This document shows, in pieces, positions 1 through 11,699 of a stretch of DNA of 64,000 nucleotides (positions within the stretch are counted from its first letter, which is position 1; each line of letters begins with the position of its first letter). A program made the position numbers and the translations under genes. Under the pieces are notes generated by a model. It saw only the letters and a program-made list of their open reading frames with translations. It had not been told where the DNA came from and searched no databases. The stretch comes from Piedraia hortae CBS 480.64 (lineage: Eukaryota): positions 1-64,000 of the forward strand of contig MU005979.1 in assembly GCA_010093745.1 (NCBI GenBank), in the 5' to 3' direction.

Positions 1-812
1 GTCAACTAGTTTTCCGTAGAGATTTGTATGCAGGTACACATCTGCTCACAAATATAATAGAAACTTTCACGGACATGTTAATGAATTCTGCACCGTACTG
101 GTAGCCTATCCATGGGAATTTCTTCCCACCCTCCGCTAGGGATGAGGGAAAGTGATATGATACAGTCATATGATACAGCGCCAATTACTAGCCAGCATAT
201 CCACCGGCCAGCGTACGATGAGCAGGGCGTGGTACCTCTGGTGAGGGCGTACAAGTACAGCACATTGTACGCTGGCAAGTCGGACTGGTTGGCAGGGAAT
301 GGGCTCTGTACCATGTCAATTTAGACGTGAAGCCTGGACGAAAAGGTCCATGTAACTGTGTACGTCTCTACGCGCCGAGAGTTAACGCAACGTCCTCCAC
401 AGACCCACCGTTGGCCAGACCGCATTTGTCGAGACCACGCGAGGACGTGACCCCAACACAGGGTAAAACTCCTTTATGAGGCAGAAAGCCCTGCGAGGCG
501 TCGGACGTTCTATCTACTACCGATCTACCTCGTCTGACGCAGGCCTCGCCGTGCTATCAATGTCTGCATCATATCACTGTCCCCCAATCAATTTCTTCCC
601 ACGGATTTGAATCTGTACAGTTATTATGGAGGACTGTGTAAGGATATGCAACTATCGCATGCCAAGATACCGAAATATCGGATGGTTGACCATGCTTCAC
701 TGGATACATGGAATGTTTGCTGCATAGTGTGCTATTTTCATACCCCGAAATGGAAACATGACATGCTGCAGTGTATGCACAGTAGCCTTACTTCATGAGC
801 AGCTGGGCTGTT

Positions 813-3196
813 TTAGACTTCCACAGTGGGGTTCACGTTTTCGCCGTTGGACTTTTGTCCATCATCGTTAGTCGTGCTTGCGCCCTGTGACTTGATGTAC
901 TCTTCATAAACATTGATTGCCTCGTCAACCTTCGATCGAAGCGCTTCCTCGTCGGTGGTACTGCAATGTGTTAGTCTAAATAAAAAAAAAAAAAAAAAAC
1001 CCAGACCAATGGGCAATGGGAAGAGACTTACAGTCCAAGCAGTTCTTGGTTCTCCATCTCGAGCAGCATGCCCGTAATTTTTCCAGCCAGTTCCGGTTGC
1101 AGTTGGTAAATCTTCGGGTACAAAGCCTCTCCCAGCATCTGCTTCTGCTGAGCAGGAGGGGCTGCATTGAGCTGCTGAATATCAATGCCACTGACTTGTG
1201 GCTGGGAGGTGCGGTTCGGCGCACGCCCACGCTGCTCCTCAGAGCGACCGGCAGCCATTCCACCGCGCCCACCCGAGAAACCTCCACGTCCACCCATGGA
1301 CTGTTGGCCCATCATCTGAGGTGGCATGTTCGGCATCTGTCCCACCATAGGCATGGCTGGCATCTGACCTCCACGGCCAACACCACGCCCTCCCATGTTC
1401 GCAGCTTGGGCGGCTTGCATCATCTGCGCATAAGCGGCCGGATTCGCAAAAGCCGGACTGAAGCCTGCCATCTGGGGTGACACCCCATACGGCATTTGAG
1501 GCATGGCCTGCGGACCACCGCGAGCACCCTGTTGAGGCATTCCCGGGAAACCGCCACGCTGACCAGGGCCTGGCATTCCTGGCATAAAAGGCATCTGCCC
1601 AGCACGACCGGCACCCTGGATCATCATGGGTTGACCGTTGGGCCCGATAAACATCTGCGGCTGCAAGAACTGCGGAGCGATGCCACCAGGCATGGCCTGT
1701 TGCTGCATTCGGACCTGGTTGCGAGCCTGGATGCTAGCCTCAAGCTGGCTCTTGCGGACTTCTTTGCGCTGAGCAAGGGCGACATAAAGCGGCTTGCCAT
1801 GGACCATTTTCTGGTTGAGCTCGGTGACGGCTTTTGTGGCCTCGTCGGGATTGGAGAAGCAGACAAAGCCAAAGCCTTTGCTCTTTCCCAGCAGCTTGGT
1901 TTCGCCACCAATGACCGCCGTATCCATCTTGGCCGCGAGTTCCTCGACCTCGTCCTTCTTCTCTCCTTCCTCCTTGATTTCTGCGTTTTCGGGTTGGTCG
2001 CTCTTTTCAGCGGCCCCGTCATTCTTTTTGAGATCCATCTTCTTGGCCAAGGCTTCGACGCCCTCCGCGTCCATGGGCTGGGTATCACGCATGACCTTGG
2101 CCGAGGTGATGGTGCCGTAGGGCTCAAAGATCTTGCGCAGCTCTTCGTCGTCAATGTCATCGGCCAAGTTCTTGACATACAAATTGATGCCCGTGTACTT
2201 GGCGCTCTTTTCCTGGCGCTGAGCCTCGTGCTGCTTGCGCAACTCCTCCTCGCGCTCGTGCTTCTTCTGGGCACGGCCAACGTAAAGCTTTTGGCCGTGG
2301 AAATCGTGGTCGTTGAGCTCATCCACAGCCTTGGCGGCATCCTCGTGCTTCGCGTAGTTGACGAAACCGAAGCCACGGCTCTTGCCCTCTTGATCATGGG
2401 CCAACGAAACGGACGTAATCTCACCATACTTTTCGAAAAGTTCGCGAAGCTGATCTTCTGTAACCTCAGTCTCGACGTTCTTGACATAAATGTTGGTGAA
2501 GTTGGCCTTCATCTCCTCGAATTTGCTCATTCGGTCCTTTTTGGGGATGTGGTGGCCGACAAACACCTTCTTCTCGTTCAGCAACATGCCGTTTACGCTC
2601 TTGATGGCCGAGCTGGCGGCTTCCGACGTCTCGTAATGAACGAATCCATATCCCTTGGAGTTGCCATGCTCATCCTGGGCAACTTTGCAACTCAAGATGT
2701 TACCAAAAGCAGCAAAGGTGTCATGAAGAGCCTTGTTGTCAATGGCGCCGTCAAGGTTCTTGATGAAGACGTTGCCATGACCCGTTTTACGAAGGGCGGG
2801 GTCGCGCTGAGACCACATGATGCGGCACGGCTTGCCCTTAATGAGCGTGTAGTTTAGCTCCTCGAGAGCGCGCTCGCCGTCGGCCGAGTTGTTGTAGTTG
2901 ACGTAGGCATATCCAAGCGAGCGACGGGTGACTGCGTCACGGCAAACGCGGATAGAGGCAACCTGGCCAATCGAAGAGAACAGCTCAAAAAGCATGGCCT
3001 CGGTAACGGAAGTGTCCAGCTCGCCGACGTAGAGCGAGGCGGAGTGCGGGTTGGCCGTCGACGGTGCAGCAGAGGCCGGCGTCTGCGTGTCGCCGAGATC
3101 GGTGGGCTGCACACTGGTGTTGATGGTGGGGGCGCCATTGGCGGCTTCGGCGGACGGTGACGTAGCCTGAGCGACGGTGGCAGTAGCTTCAGACAT
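813..3196 (-). CDS. PAB1: Polyadenylate-binding protein (4 RRM + PABC/MLLE), about 770 aa; exons 3196-1032 and 960-813
   Basis: RNP motifs ([39 protein letters not shown]) and PABC ([13 protein letters not shown]...KITGMLLEM). GTAAGT..CTAAC..CAG intron 961-1031 restores the last helix ([15 protein letters not shown]). ATG at 3196. Confidence 0.97.
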
Positions 3197-3764
3197 GATG
3201 GATTTGCTGCGCGAGTGTGAGCGACTTTTTTTTTTTTTTTTCGGGCACAAAGCGGGCAAAGACTTAAGGGTCACGGTGGCCAAAAGAAGGGAATAGCCGA
3301 CTTACTTGAAGGCTGTTGAAAAGGTGTTAGGGAGAGTTTGAGCCTGATCGAAGTGTTAGCAGAGGCTGGATTGCTGATGGAAGGTGAGACCTTACGTGTG
3401 TTTGTCGGACGAGCGCGGGGTAAGGAAGCCTTTGCCGGGAGCAAAGGTACGGTTTTTTTTTTTTTGGTTTCTTCACGTTTTTTTGGGGTCTTGATACGGA
3501 ACGACAAAGGCAAAGGGAGGTGGGTTGGTGGAGTGGGAAATGTGTTTTTTGGACCAGGGAAATTCTGAGCTGCGGGCGGAAGAGTTCCGCTCCAAGGGAC
3601 CCACCAAACCGCTTCGTCACAGATCGACTAAACGGTTTCGGGTTAGCGCCAATGCAAAGAACAACGTTCGAGAACGAACACGAGGTCATAAACAACCATG
3701 ACAAACAACTAGGAGTTAAAAAAAAAAAAAAAAAAAGAGAGATAATATACACGCCCTATGTTGC

Positions 3765-6700
3765 TCATGCGGCTCCCTTGAGCTTATCCTGCTTCACCGC
3801 CCATGCCATTTCCAAGAAATCACTTTCCTCCTTGGTGTGCGTTCCCTTGAGGCCCGTGGCCACCGAAGCACTGGGATTTCGCCCAGCGTACATGACATGT
3901 TTTCGGTAGTGGTGCTCGGTATTGTTCAAGAGGGTCTCGATTCGAGGCTGGGTAAAGGACCAGGCGCCGGCGTTCAGCGGCTCCTCCTGACACCAGACGA
4001 TGGTGTCGGCGTTGGGGTAGGCGTCGAGGTTCTCCTTGAGCTGGGCCCAGGGGAAAGGGTTGAGCTGCTCGACGCGGGTGATGGCGGTATCGGCAAGGTT
4101 ATTGGCCTTGCGATGCTTGAAAAGCGCCACAAAGACCTGGCCGGAACACAGGATAACGCGCTTGATCTCTTCTTTCGGCTTGATCTGGAAGCCGTCAAAG
4201 CCCTCGTGGGCGGGGTCGGGGATGATCCACTGGAAGTGGGAGTCACCCGTAAACTCCTCGAGGCTTGAGCGGGCAAAGGGATGGCGGAGCAGCGACTTGG
4301 AGAAGAAGTTGATGAGGGGCTTGCGGAATTGACGGTTCATCTGCCGCCGCAGGATGTGGAAGCTGTTCGCCGGGGTCGTGCAAAAAGCGACCTGCATATT
4401 GCAGTCCTGATGTTGGCGCTCGAGCTTCTCGCCGCTTGGGAAGATGCGGGGATCCTCGTTGCACAGCTGCAGGAAGCGCTCGATGCGCCCTGAGCTATGC
4501 TCGGGCCCCTGGCCATCGTACCCGTGCGGGAGATTGACCACGAGGCCGGACCGCTGCAGCCACTTGACCTCGGCCGACGCGATGAACTGGTCTATGATGC
4601 ATTGCGCGTTGTTGGCGAAGTCGCCAAACTGCGCCTCCCACATGACCAACGCGGACGGCGACGAGAGGGAGTAGCCGTACTCGAAGCCGAGCACGCCGAA
4701 CTCGGAAAGGCTCGAGTTCGAAATGACAAAGGAGCCCTGGTCCTTGCTGAGGTGCTGTAATGGGGTGTACGTCTCCTCGTTTTCTTGATCATGTAGCACG
4801 GCGTGGCGCTGCGTAAAAGTACCCCGTTCGACGTCCTGGCCGGACACGCGGACGTGATGGCCGTCCATGCAGAGCGAACCAAAAGCAAGCGCCTCAGCAG
4901 TAGACATGTCAATGCCCTTGCCATCGGACACGGCCTTGTGGCGGCTATTGAGCGTCCGCTTGAGGTTGCTGTGGACGTGCATCTTGTCCGGCGGGTTGCC
5001 GATGACGTCGCCAATGTGCCGCAGCTGGTCGGCATCGACGGCAGTCGGCAGGTGCGGGAGGACCTCGGTCGCCAGCTCCTTGGGGGACTTGAAGTTCTCC
5101 CAGGCGCTGGTCAACCACTCGCGTGCCGTGGGCTCGTAGTCACCCGACTTGGCAAACGAGTCCTCGAGCATCCCCCACACCCACTTCTTCTGCTCGTCAA
5201 TGTCGGCCTGGCTGAACGTCTTTGCCTCTAGCAGCTGCTTCGTGTAGACTTCCAGAACGGGCGGCTGCTCGGCAATCTTCTTGTACATGAGAGGCTGGGT
5301 GAAAGACGGCTGATCCATCTCGTTATGGCCCTGCTTCCGGTAACAGACCATGTCTATCACGACTTCTTTCTTAAACTCGGCACGCCAGTCGGCGGCCAGC
5401 TGGCACACAAAGTTAACGGCCTCGACGTCGTCGCCGTTGACGTGGAAGATGGGGGCGTCGACAAACTTGGCAATGTCGGAGCAATAGGGCGTGGAGCGAG
5501 CGAAGCGCGGGTCGGTGGTGAAGCCGATCTGGTTGTTGACAACAATGTGGACGGTGCCGCCCGTCTGATATGCCGGCAGGGCAGCCATGCCCATTGTCTC
5601 GTACACAACGCCCTGAGCAGCAAAGGCCGCGTCTCCGTGGAGCAGCACGCCCATGGCCGAGGTCGCCTTTTCCTCGTCGCGGTTGTAGTGCAGAATGGCG
5701 CGCGTCTTGCCCAGCACAACGGGATCTTCGGCCTCGAGATGCGACGGGTTTGCAACCAGCGAGAGCAGCACGCGCTTGCCAGATGGAGTTGGGCGCTCAA
5801 AATTCATGCCGAGATGGTACTTGACGTCGCCGGAGCCCTCGTCCGACGGTCCGGTGGAGCCGCTGAATTCGGAGAAGATGGACTCGTTGGGTTTGCGCAC
5901 CACGTTGGACAAGACGTTCAGGCGGCCACGGTGCGGCATGCCAATGACAATTTCCTTGACGCCGTAGTCGACGGAGCGGTCAATCAGCGCCTTCATGCCG
6001 GGAATCAGCGACTCTCCGCCCTCGAGCCCGAAGCGCTTGTCGTGTCTGTATTTTGTCGCCAGGAAATTCTCAAACGACGTCGACCAAATCAGCCGGTCCA
6101 GGATGCGGCGCTTCTCCTCGGTCGAATAACGGTACGGCTCCGGCACCTCGATGCGCTTGCGCAGCCAGTCGCACTCGGTGCGGTCTGGAATGTGGATGTA
6201 CTCGATACCAATGGACCCGCAGTAGATTTTCTCACACGCCGCGATGATCTCGCGCAACGTCATCGTCTGTCTCTCGGCCGTCTTGAAATGCGGCAGGATG
6301 CCGGGTCCCAACGTGATTTCCTGGTCCATATCGGCCTCGGTGAAGTTGTAGTGGCGCGGGTCAAGCTCCTTGGCGATAGGCACCTGGCTGTTGTCCTGGT
6401 CGCGGATGCCCAGCGGATCCAGCTTGGCGCGGTGATGGCCGCGTGCCTGGTACGCCCGCACCAGCAGCTGCACCTTCAAATGCTTCGAAATGTCGCTACT
6501 CCCTTCCTCGCCCATCTCGTTGGTAACCGATGCAATGTCGCCAAGCTCCGACGCAATGCTTGGCGGCGGCGTGAAGGCACGACTCATGGGCATCTTGCCG
6601 CTCTCCATGTTCTTGAAATACACCTGCCATGACAGATGCACCGACGACGGATCCTCTTTCCACGCCCGGTACATCTCATCCACGTAGTTTGCTGAGCTGC

Positions 6701-6845
6701 CCGATAAAAATGAGTCTGACGAATCTACACCCGCCTTGTTGCCCTGCTGGACGGCGGCGTACAGTCGACGCTGGACTCGACATTGCGGCAGAACCGCCGG
6801 CCGGCCTGACAGGATCCGCTTCGACGATTGGCGGAGTCGCAACAT
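3765..6845 (-). CDS. KGD1: 2-oxoglutarate dehydrogenase E1, mitochondrial, 1026 aa, intronless
   Basis: [36 protein letters not shown] (TPP binding), [24 protein letters not shown]; Arg-rich presequence. Confidence 0.98.
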   Translation of the reverse strand: MLRLRQSSKRILSGRPAVLPQCRVQRRLYAAVQQGNKAGVDSSDSFLSGSSANYVDEMYRAWKEDPSSVHLSWQVYFKNMESGKMPMSRAFTPPPSIASELGDIASVTNEMGEEGSSDISKHLKVQLLVRAYQARGHHRAKLDPLGIRDQDNSQVPIAKELDPRHYNFTEADMDQEITLGPGILPHFKTAERQTMTLREIIAACEKIYCGSIGIEYIHIPDRTECDWLRKRIEVPEPYRYSTEEKRRILDRLIWSTSFENFLATKYRHDKRFGLEGGESLIPGMKALIDRSVDYGVKEIVIGMPHRGRLNVLSNVVRKPNESIFSEFSGSTGPSDEGSGDVKYHLGMNFERPTPSGKRVLLSLVANPSHLEAEDPVVLGKTRAILHYNRDEEKATSAMGVLLHGDAAFAAQGVVYETMGMAALPAYQTGGTVHIVVNNQIGFTTDPRFARSTPYCSDIAKFVDAPIFHVNGDDVEAVNFVCQLAADWRAEFKKEVVIDMVCYRKQGHNEMDQPSFTQPLMYKKIAEQPPVLEVYTKQLLEAKTFSQADIDEQKKWVWGMLEDSFAKSGDYEPTAREWLTSAWENFKSPKELATEVLPHLPTAVDADQLRHIGDVIGNPPDKMHVHSNLKRTLNSRHKAVSDGKGIDMSTAEALAFGSLCMDGHHVRVSGQDVERGTFTQRHAVLHDQENEETYTPLQHLSKDQGSFVISNSSLSEFGVLGFEYGYSLSSPSALVMWEAQFGDFANNAQCIIDQFIASAEVKWLQRSGLVVNLPHGYDGQGPEHSSGRIERFLQLCNEDPRIFPSGEKLERQHQDCNMQVAFCTTPANSFHILRRQMNRQFRKPLINFFSKSLLRHPFARSSLEEFTGDSHFQWIIPDPAHEGFDGFQIKPKEEIKRVILCSGQVFVALFKHRKANNLADTAITRVEQLNPFPWAQLKENLDAYPNADTIVWCQEEPLNAGAWSFTQPRIETLLNNTEHHYRKHVMYAGRNPSASVATGLKGTHTKEESDFLEMAWAVKQDKLKGAA

Positions 6846-7041
6846 GGTGAAGCTTCTGTCTCAGGTTCTAGCGATGACAGCGATGACAGCGGGGAAGAAG
6901 AAGTTCGAGAATCGGAGCCGGCCTTTCCAATCTGAGCTAGCGCTGGCGGCTTGGCACTCGGGCCGTTCCGTCCTCTGACCCCGGTCACTCGACCTCACCC
7001 GGGTCTGCCAGCGCGACAACGTCTCACTCACTCGTTTCGTC

Positions 7042-9243
7042 ATGGAAGGCCTCCGGACCAAGCGCAAATTTGCCGACGGTGCGGCAGCTTCTGCGCCCGC
7101 CAAAGCACAGAAGATCGGCGTCAACATGTCGTCCTTTGCGCATCGAATGATGGCCAAGATGGGGTATAAAGAAGGGCAGGGCCTGGGCAAGTCGGGCGAA
7201 GGGGTTGTCAATCCGATTGAGGTCAAGCTCCGTCCTCAGAATGCCGGGGTTGGGGCTGTCAAGGAACGGACCGAGCAGTACAAGGAGGAGCGGCGGCGCG
7301 CAGCCAGACTACGGGGTGAGGCATACGACGACAGCAGCGATGAGGAACTGAAAGCGGTCAGGAATTCGAAAAAACCGGGGCAGCGCGATGCGGCATCGGG
7401 ACGCCGGCCCAAGACGATATACAAGAGCGTCGCAGACGTAGAAGCTGCGGTGCCTGGCCTGCACGTACCACCCTTGATGCTCACCTCCATCATAGACGCC
7501 ACCGGACAAGAACCACGACTGCTCTCTAGCGCCGCGGGGCTCATGAAGCCGGCGGAGACCAATTCCAGCCATGATCAGTCTGAGAAGATTGCGAGGCGGG
7601 TTAAGCTGGAATTCGATTCCTTCAAAAACGCTTGGCATGGCGTACAGGAGAAAAAGATCGGGGTTGAGGAGCTAGAGGGGCAGCATCTTGTGGAAATGGA
7701 GCAGCAGGGGCGGGAGATTGAACAGCTCGATCACATAGTCACCGCTGTACAATCTTTGTGCGTCTCAGATCCTTCGTACAGCGCATATGGTGCAGATGGT
7801 GCAGATGGTTCAGATGGTGTGTCTACAGCGAGCGAAGAATGGCAGCAAAAATCAAAAGTACTAGAGGAACTCCAGGAGCGGTACCTCCATGCGATCGAGC
7901 GTTATGACCTAGGCGACGCCGCTGTAGCCGCTATTGTTCCACGGTTGAAGGCAACGCTGGAAGGCTGTAATTTGCTGGAGGAGCCATGCCCTCTGGTGGA
8001 CGATTTGAAGCGGTTGAAACCTTTGCTCGGAATGACTGACACAAAACGCGACCTTGTGGAAGATGGGTTGTCCATGGACCCGCATCGCAGACACAAGGAC
8101 AAGTGGGCAACAACTCCATATGAAACCATGATGCACACGATTTGGCTTCCCAAAGTACGTTCCGTCGTCGCCAATTGGGATGTCAGAAACACCGATATCT
8201 TGACAGCCTTTGTGGAGTCCTGGCGCCCCCTTCTCCCTTCGTTTGTTCACACCGCTCTCTTCGACCAGATAATCGTACCAAGACTAACTGTAGCGCTGCA
8301 AGAATGGCAACCTCGACCACGCAGCCGCCATTCACGCACCGTCGAGCCTCAAAGATGGATATTCCCCTGGCTGCAACACCTTCCAGATCACCACTTGGAT
8401 CCCAAATCTCAGGATGGTCTATTGGCCCAAGTCAAGCGTCGTTTAGGCCAGATACTGAGCCGATGGCACGCCTCTGACGGCATCTTGCCTGACTTACAAG
8501 ATTGGCACAGATTGCTTGGTCCGGAGCTAGACCAGATTTTATTGCGCAACCTGCTACCGCGTCTATCCTCACATCTCTCACACAAGCTTGAAATAAACCC
8601 CACGAAGCAAGACCTCCAGCCTCTGGAGGACGTACTTGCATGGTCAGGGTATTTCAAACCTAATGCATTGGCCCGGCTTCTGGTGGCCAAGCTTTTTCCC
8701 AAGTGGCTCTCAACACTCCATCGTTGGCTAACAGTCGAAGATGCAGATTTTGATAAAATCGGAGAGTGGTTTACCTGGTGGCAGAAACAGCTACCCAGAT
8801 CCCTAAGTGACCATCCTGAGATACAAAACCAGTGGGAGATTGGAACCAACATGATAAGCGATGCACTTGATTTGATCGACAAAAGTGCCCCCATGAATGA
8901 ACTCCCTCCTCCCCCGGCCGTTCCAGAGCCGCCGCTATTCAAATCGCCTAAGAAATCAAAGAGTCCAGCTTCCGCCCCTGCTGATGCGGCACAACAACCA
9001 AATTTCAAAGATGTCGTGGAAGACTGGTGCGCCAATGAAGGCCTCCACATGGCTCCTTTGCGGGAAGCGCACCAGAAGACGGGGCTTCCCCTCTTCCGCA
9101 TCACTGCTAGTGCTAGTGGAAGGGGTGGGGTGATTGTCTACTTCCAAGATGACGTCGTGTGGGCACAGCACAAGGGTAATAGATCTGCATATGAAATGAT
9201 AGGCCTTGGCGACGAGCTGGTGTCTAGAGCTGGAGGTAAATGA
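7042..9243 (+). CDS. NTR1: G-patch spliceosome disassembly factor (TFIP11/Spp382/Ntr1 family), 733 aa
   Basis: G-patch MMAKMGYKEGQGLGKSGEG...GVG; GCFC-like helical region (IWLPKVR, WIFPWL, FPKWLSTLHRWL, WFTWW). Confidence 0.9.
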   Translation: MEGLRTKRKFADGAAASAPAKAQKIGVNMSSFAHRMMAKMGYKEGQGLGKSGEGVVNPIEVKLRPQNAGVGAVKERTEQYKEERRRAARLRGEAYDDSSDEELKAVRNSKKPGQRDAASGRRPKTIYKSVADVEAAVPGLHVPPLMLTSIIDATGQEPRLLSSAAGLMKPAETNSSHDQSEKIARRVKLEFDSFKNAWHGVQEKKIGVEELEGQHLVEMEQQGREIEQLDHIVTAVQSLCVSDPSYSAYGADGADGSDGVSTASEEWQQKSKVLEELQERYLHAIERYDLGDAAVAAIVPRLKATLEGCNLLEEPCPLVDDLKRLKPLLGMTDTKRDLVEDGLSMDPHRRHKDKWATTPYETMMHTIWLPKVRSVVANWDVRNTDILTAFVESWRPLLPSFVHTALFDQIIVPRLTVALQEWQPRPRSRHSRTVEPQRWIFPWLQHLPDHHLDPKSQDGLLAQVKRRLGQILSRWHASDGILPDLQDWHRLLGPELDQILLRNLLPRLSSHLSHKLEINPTKQDLQPLEDVLAWSGYFKPNALARLLVAKLFPKWLSTLHRWLTVEDADFDKIGEWFTWWQKQLPRSLSDHPEIQNQWEIGTNMISDALDLIDKSAPMNELPPPPAVPEPPLFKSPKKSKSPASAPADAAQQPNFKDVVEDWCANEGLHMAPLREAHQKTGLPLFRITASASGRGGVIVYFQDDVVWAQHKGNRSAYEMIGLGDELVSRAGGK

Positions 9244-9483
9244 GCTCATAACCTTTCGAGAAGTATTGAGAAATTGATTTCCCCAGTGTAAAGTCCTTGC
9301 TGAGCCCAGAATCCGTCGCTGATGACCAGCAGTACCTGCAGTTCAAACGAGTGATTGAATGCTTTCACCAGTCGTATGTTGACAAAATCTTTGCGTATTA
9401 AGATGACTAACTTTGCTCCGAAACATCATACCTGTAAAACCATGTCCCGTTAGACGCCCCATATGTGTGCCTTTTACCCGTTA

Positions 9484-11376
9484 TTACAGACCCGCATCAA
9501 TCTGACCAGTATTCTTGCTCCACTCCCTCCATGCTTTGCAAGTTCCCTCAAACCATCCATCAGGGATTGTCTGACCCATTGCCTTGCCCATCTCATCGAC
9601 ATTGTAAACTACATTGAACCCCTGCCCGGCAGAAAGATGCCAAGCGATGTGGCAGTGGAATGGCCAGATGCCGGGATTGTTCAGGTCGATTTGCACAGCA
9701 GCGTAGCCATAGGGCGGGATGAGGACCCCGTCGCGACGCATAGGGTTGTTTGGATTCTGGACAGATCCATCCCACACCTGTGCTGCGTTAAATGTGGGAG
9801 ACGTATTGCCGGGGGTGGCTGAGCTGTTGAATTTAGAAGGCCCATCAATGGATAGAACTGCGAATTCATGGCCGTGCAAGTGGAATGGATGAACCTGGGT
9901 GGTTAGCTATGATTTGCCAGAGGCGTATGGGAAACTTACCAAGGGCATGTTGTTAGTGAGGTTGAAGATGACGCTGTTGGCTCTGTGCTTGGTAGTGTTG
10001 TATTCGTAAACGTTCCAGACTTTGTCGTAAGTTGTATTTCCATCAAGGACATGCTCCATAATTGGCTTGCCTTCATCGAGCAGCAGCGCCTGACCGTTCA
10101 CTCTGAACTCAAAATTCCCAGTTTTGTTCACAACAAGAGTCAGTTCAATGTTCTCTACTACAGCGTCTTTGGAAGGCTTCATCTTGTAAGAGGGTCGTGT
10201 CAGATCCAGCCGGTCGTTGCGACACTGAAACGTCGTATCGTAATAAGTATCCGGTGTAGACGTTGGGTTTGCGTTTGCACGAGCTTTCTCGTAATACACC
10301 GCAGCTGCTATGTGAGGATTATTGGAGCCTCCGCATGCTTCACCGCCCGGGGCGCTCGTACGCATCCATACCGACGCACGAGGGTCGTCGAGGCCTTGGA
10401 CAAGTACATCTGCTCGTTGCCCAACGCCTAGCGTGACCACTTGGGTGCTGTAAGGGACAACAGGGACGTAGTCATTGGCAATAACTGTGAATGAGTGTCG
10501 GTCAATGGAAAACTTCTGCACTCCGTTTGCTCCATGGTTAATGAGCCGCAGTCGGTGGACTTTGCCGCTGTGAAATCTGAATCGCGAGAGGGGCGCATTG
10601 TCGATACATTGCCACGTCAAATTTGACCGAACAGAGCTTGACAGGCTTTCATCGTTTTGATCATAGGACGGCTTTGAGCAGTCGAAGCGGCCACGACCAT
10701 TGATCAGGACCGAATCGCTGACCGGAGGGATGACGGATAAGTTCTTCCCCACAGCATCCTTGACAATGGCAAAGTAGGGAATGTGATACCAATCCGAGAG
10801 CATGACAGGGCCGATATCGATGTCGTAAGGTGCTGAGCTTGGTCCGTGGATCACTATTGGCCCAGCGACTCCGCCGGCATACTGAGCCGAGTAGTGCGAG
10901 TGGTACCACGATGTGCCATAGGCTTCTGCTCGCCATCTGTATGTGAATGATTGTTCTGGAGCTATAGGGCACTGGCTGACACCGGAGACGCCATCTTCCC
11001 ACGGTGTGCTGGCAAGGGGCTGGCCGTGCCAATGTAATGTCGTGCCCTCTCCCGGCGACGAGATGTTGTTGTTCACGGTGACTTCGACCCAATCGCCCCA
11101 GTTGGCCTCGATGACTGGGCCGGGAAACTGTTCGTTCACGAGAATAACGTCTCTCAATACCCCATCGGCCGCGATTCGACCACGGCTAACTGTGAAATTA
11201 TAGCGGCGTGTGGTGTGGGTGGCGGGAATTTGTTGCCGGTTCCTCATGTGGCATGTCTCCACCGTACAGTCGCCCCAGGGAGCCTTTTTGGAATTTCCTA
11301 GCCATAGTGGGAAGCTGGGTTGTTTGAGCAGTCCCCAGCTGGAAGCTCCAACTTGCTGGAGCGTTGTTAGCGCCAT
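9484..11376 (-). CDS. Multicopper oxidase / ascomycete laccase-like (AA1), about 615 aa; intron 9895-9939
   Basis: All four Cu motifs: HWHG, WYHSH, HPFHLHGH (after splicing a 45-nt GTAAGT..GCTAAC..CAG intron) and HCHIAWH. C-terminus DAGL resembles the ascomycete DSGL plug. Confidence 0.95.
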
Positions 11377-11699
11377 GCGACTGGCAGAATGTGGACGGGT
11401 GACGACGGCAACGTTGAAGTGAAAAAGAGCTTTTCAGTGGCAAGGGTGAGATGGATTGGAGTTCACTTTAACCTGCATACTTCCTCCACCCGCCACTGTT
11501 TAATTCCCATGTTCAAGTGTCACATACTCTTGCCACTTATCGGCTGGTCATATCGGAAATCTGGCCCCCGCCCAGCCTCGCAAATGGCCGCGCTCGCTCT
11601 ACATGACAAGATCTGTCAAGGATACTGGGGATACTAGAGGCATCAGTAAGTGCTTATGTCGAGCAAAAGTAACGTGCCGGGGTGTGATTTGATCAAAAC

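Noticed and set aside
3197..3283. N-terminal PAB1 extension with poly-Lys in the ORF track
   Set aside because: It begins at a non-ATG codon and the lysines come from the A16 tract inside a probable UTR intron; ATG 3196 is the likely start.
3313..3395. Possible stwintron (nested intron) in the PAB1 leader
   Set aside because: Removing the inner intron does not rebuild a credible donor; alternative acceptors explain the pattern more simply.
1496..6632. Long antisense ORFs (453 aa opposite PAB1, 435 aa opposite KGD1)
   Set aside because: They mirror GC3-rich coding frames and have no motifs; a codon-bias shadow.
7787..7819. 9-bp tandem repeat encoding GADGADGSDG in NTR1
   Set aside because: Short in-frame slippage in a probable loop.
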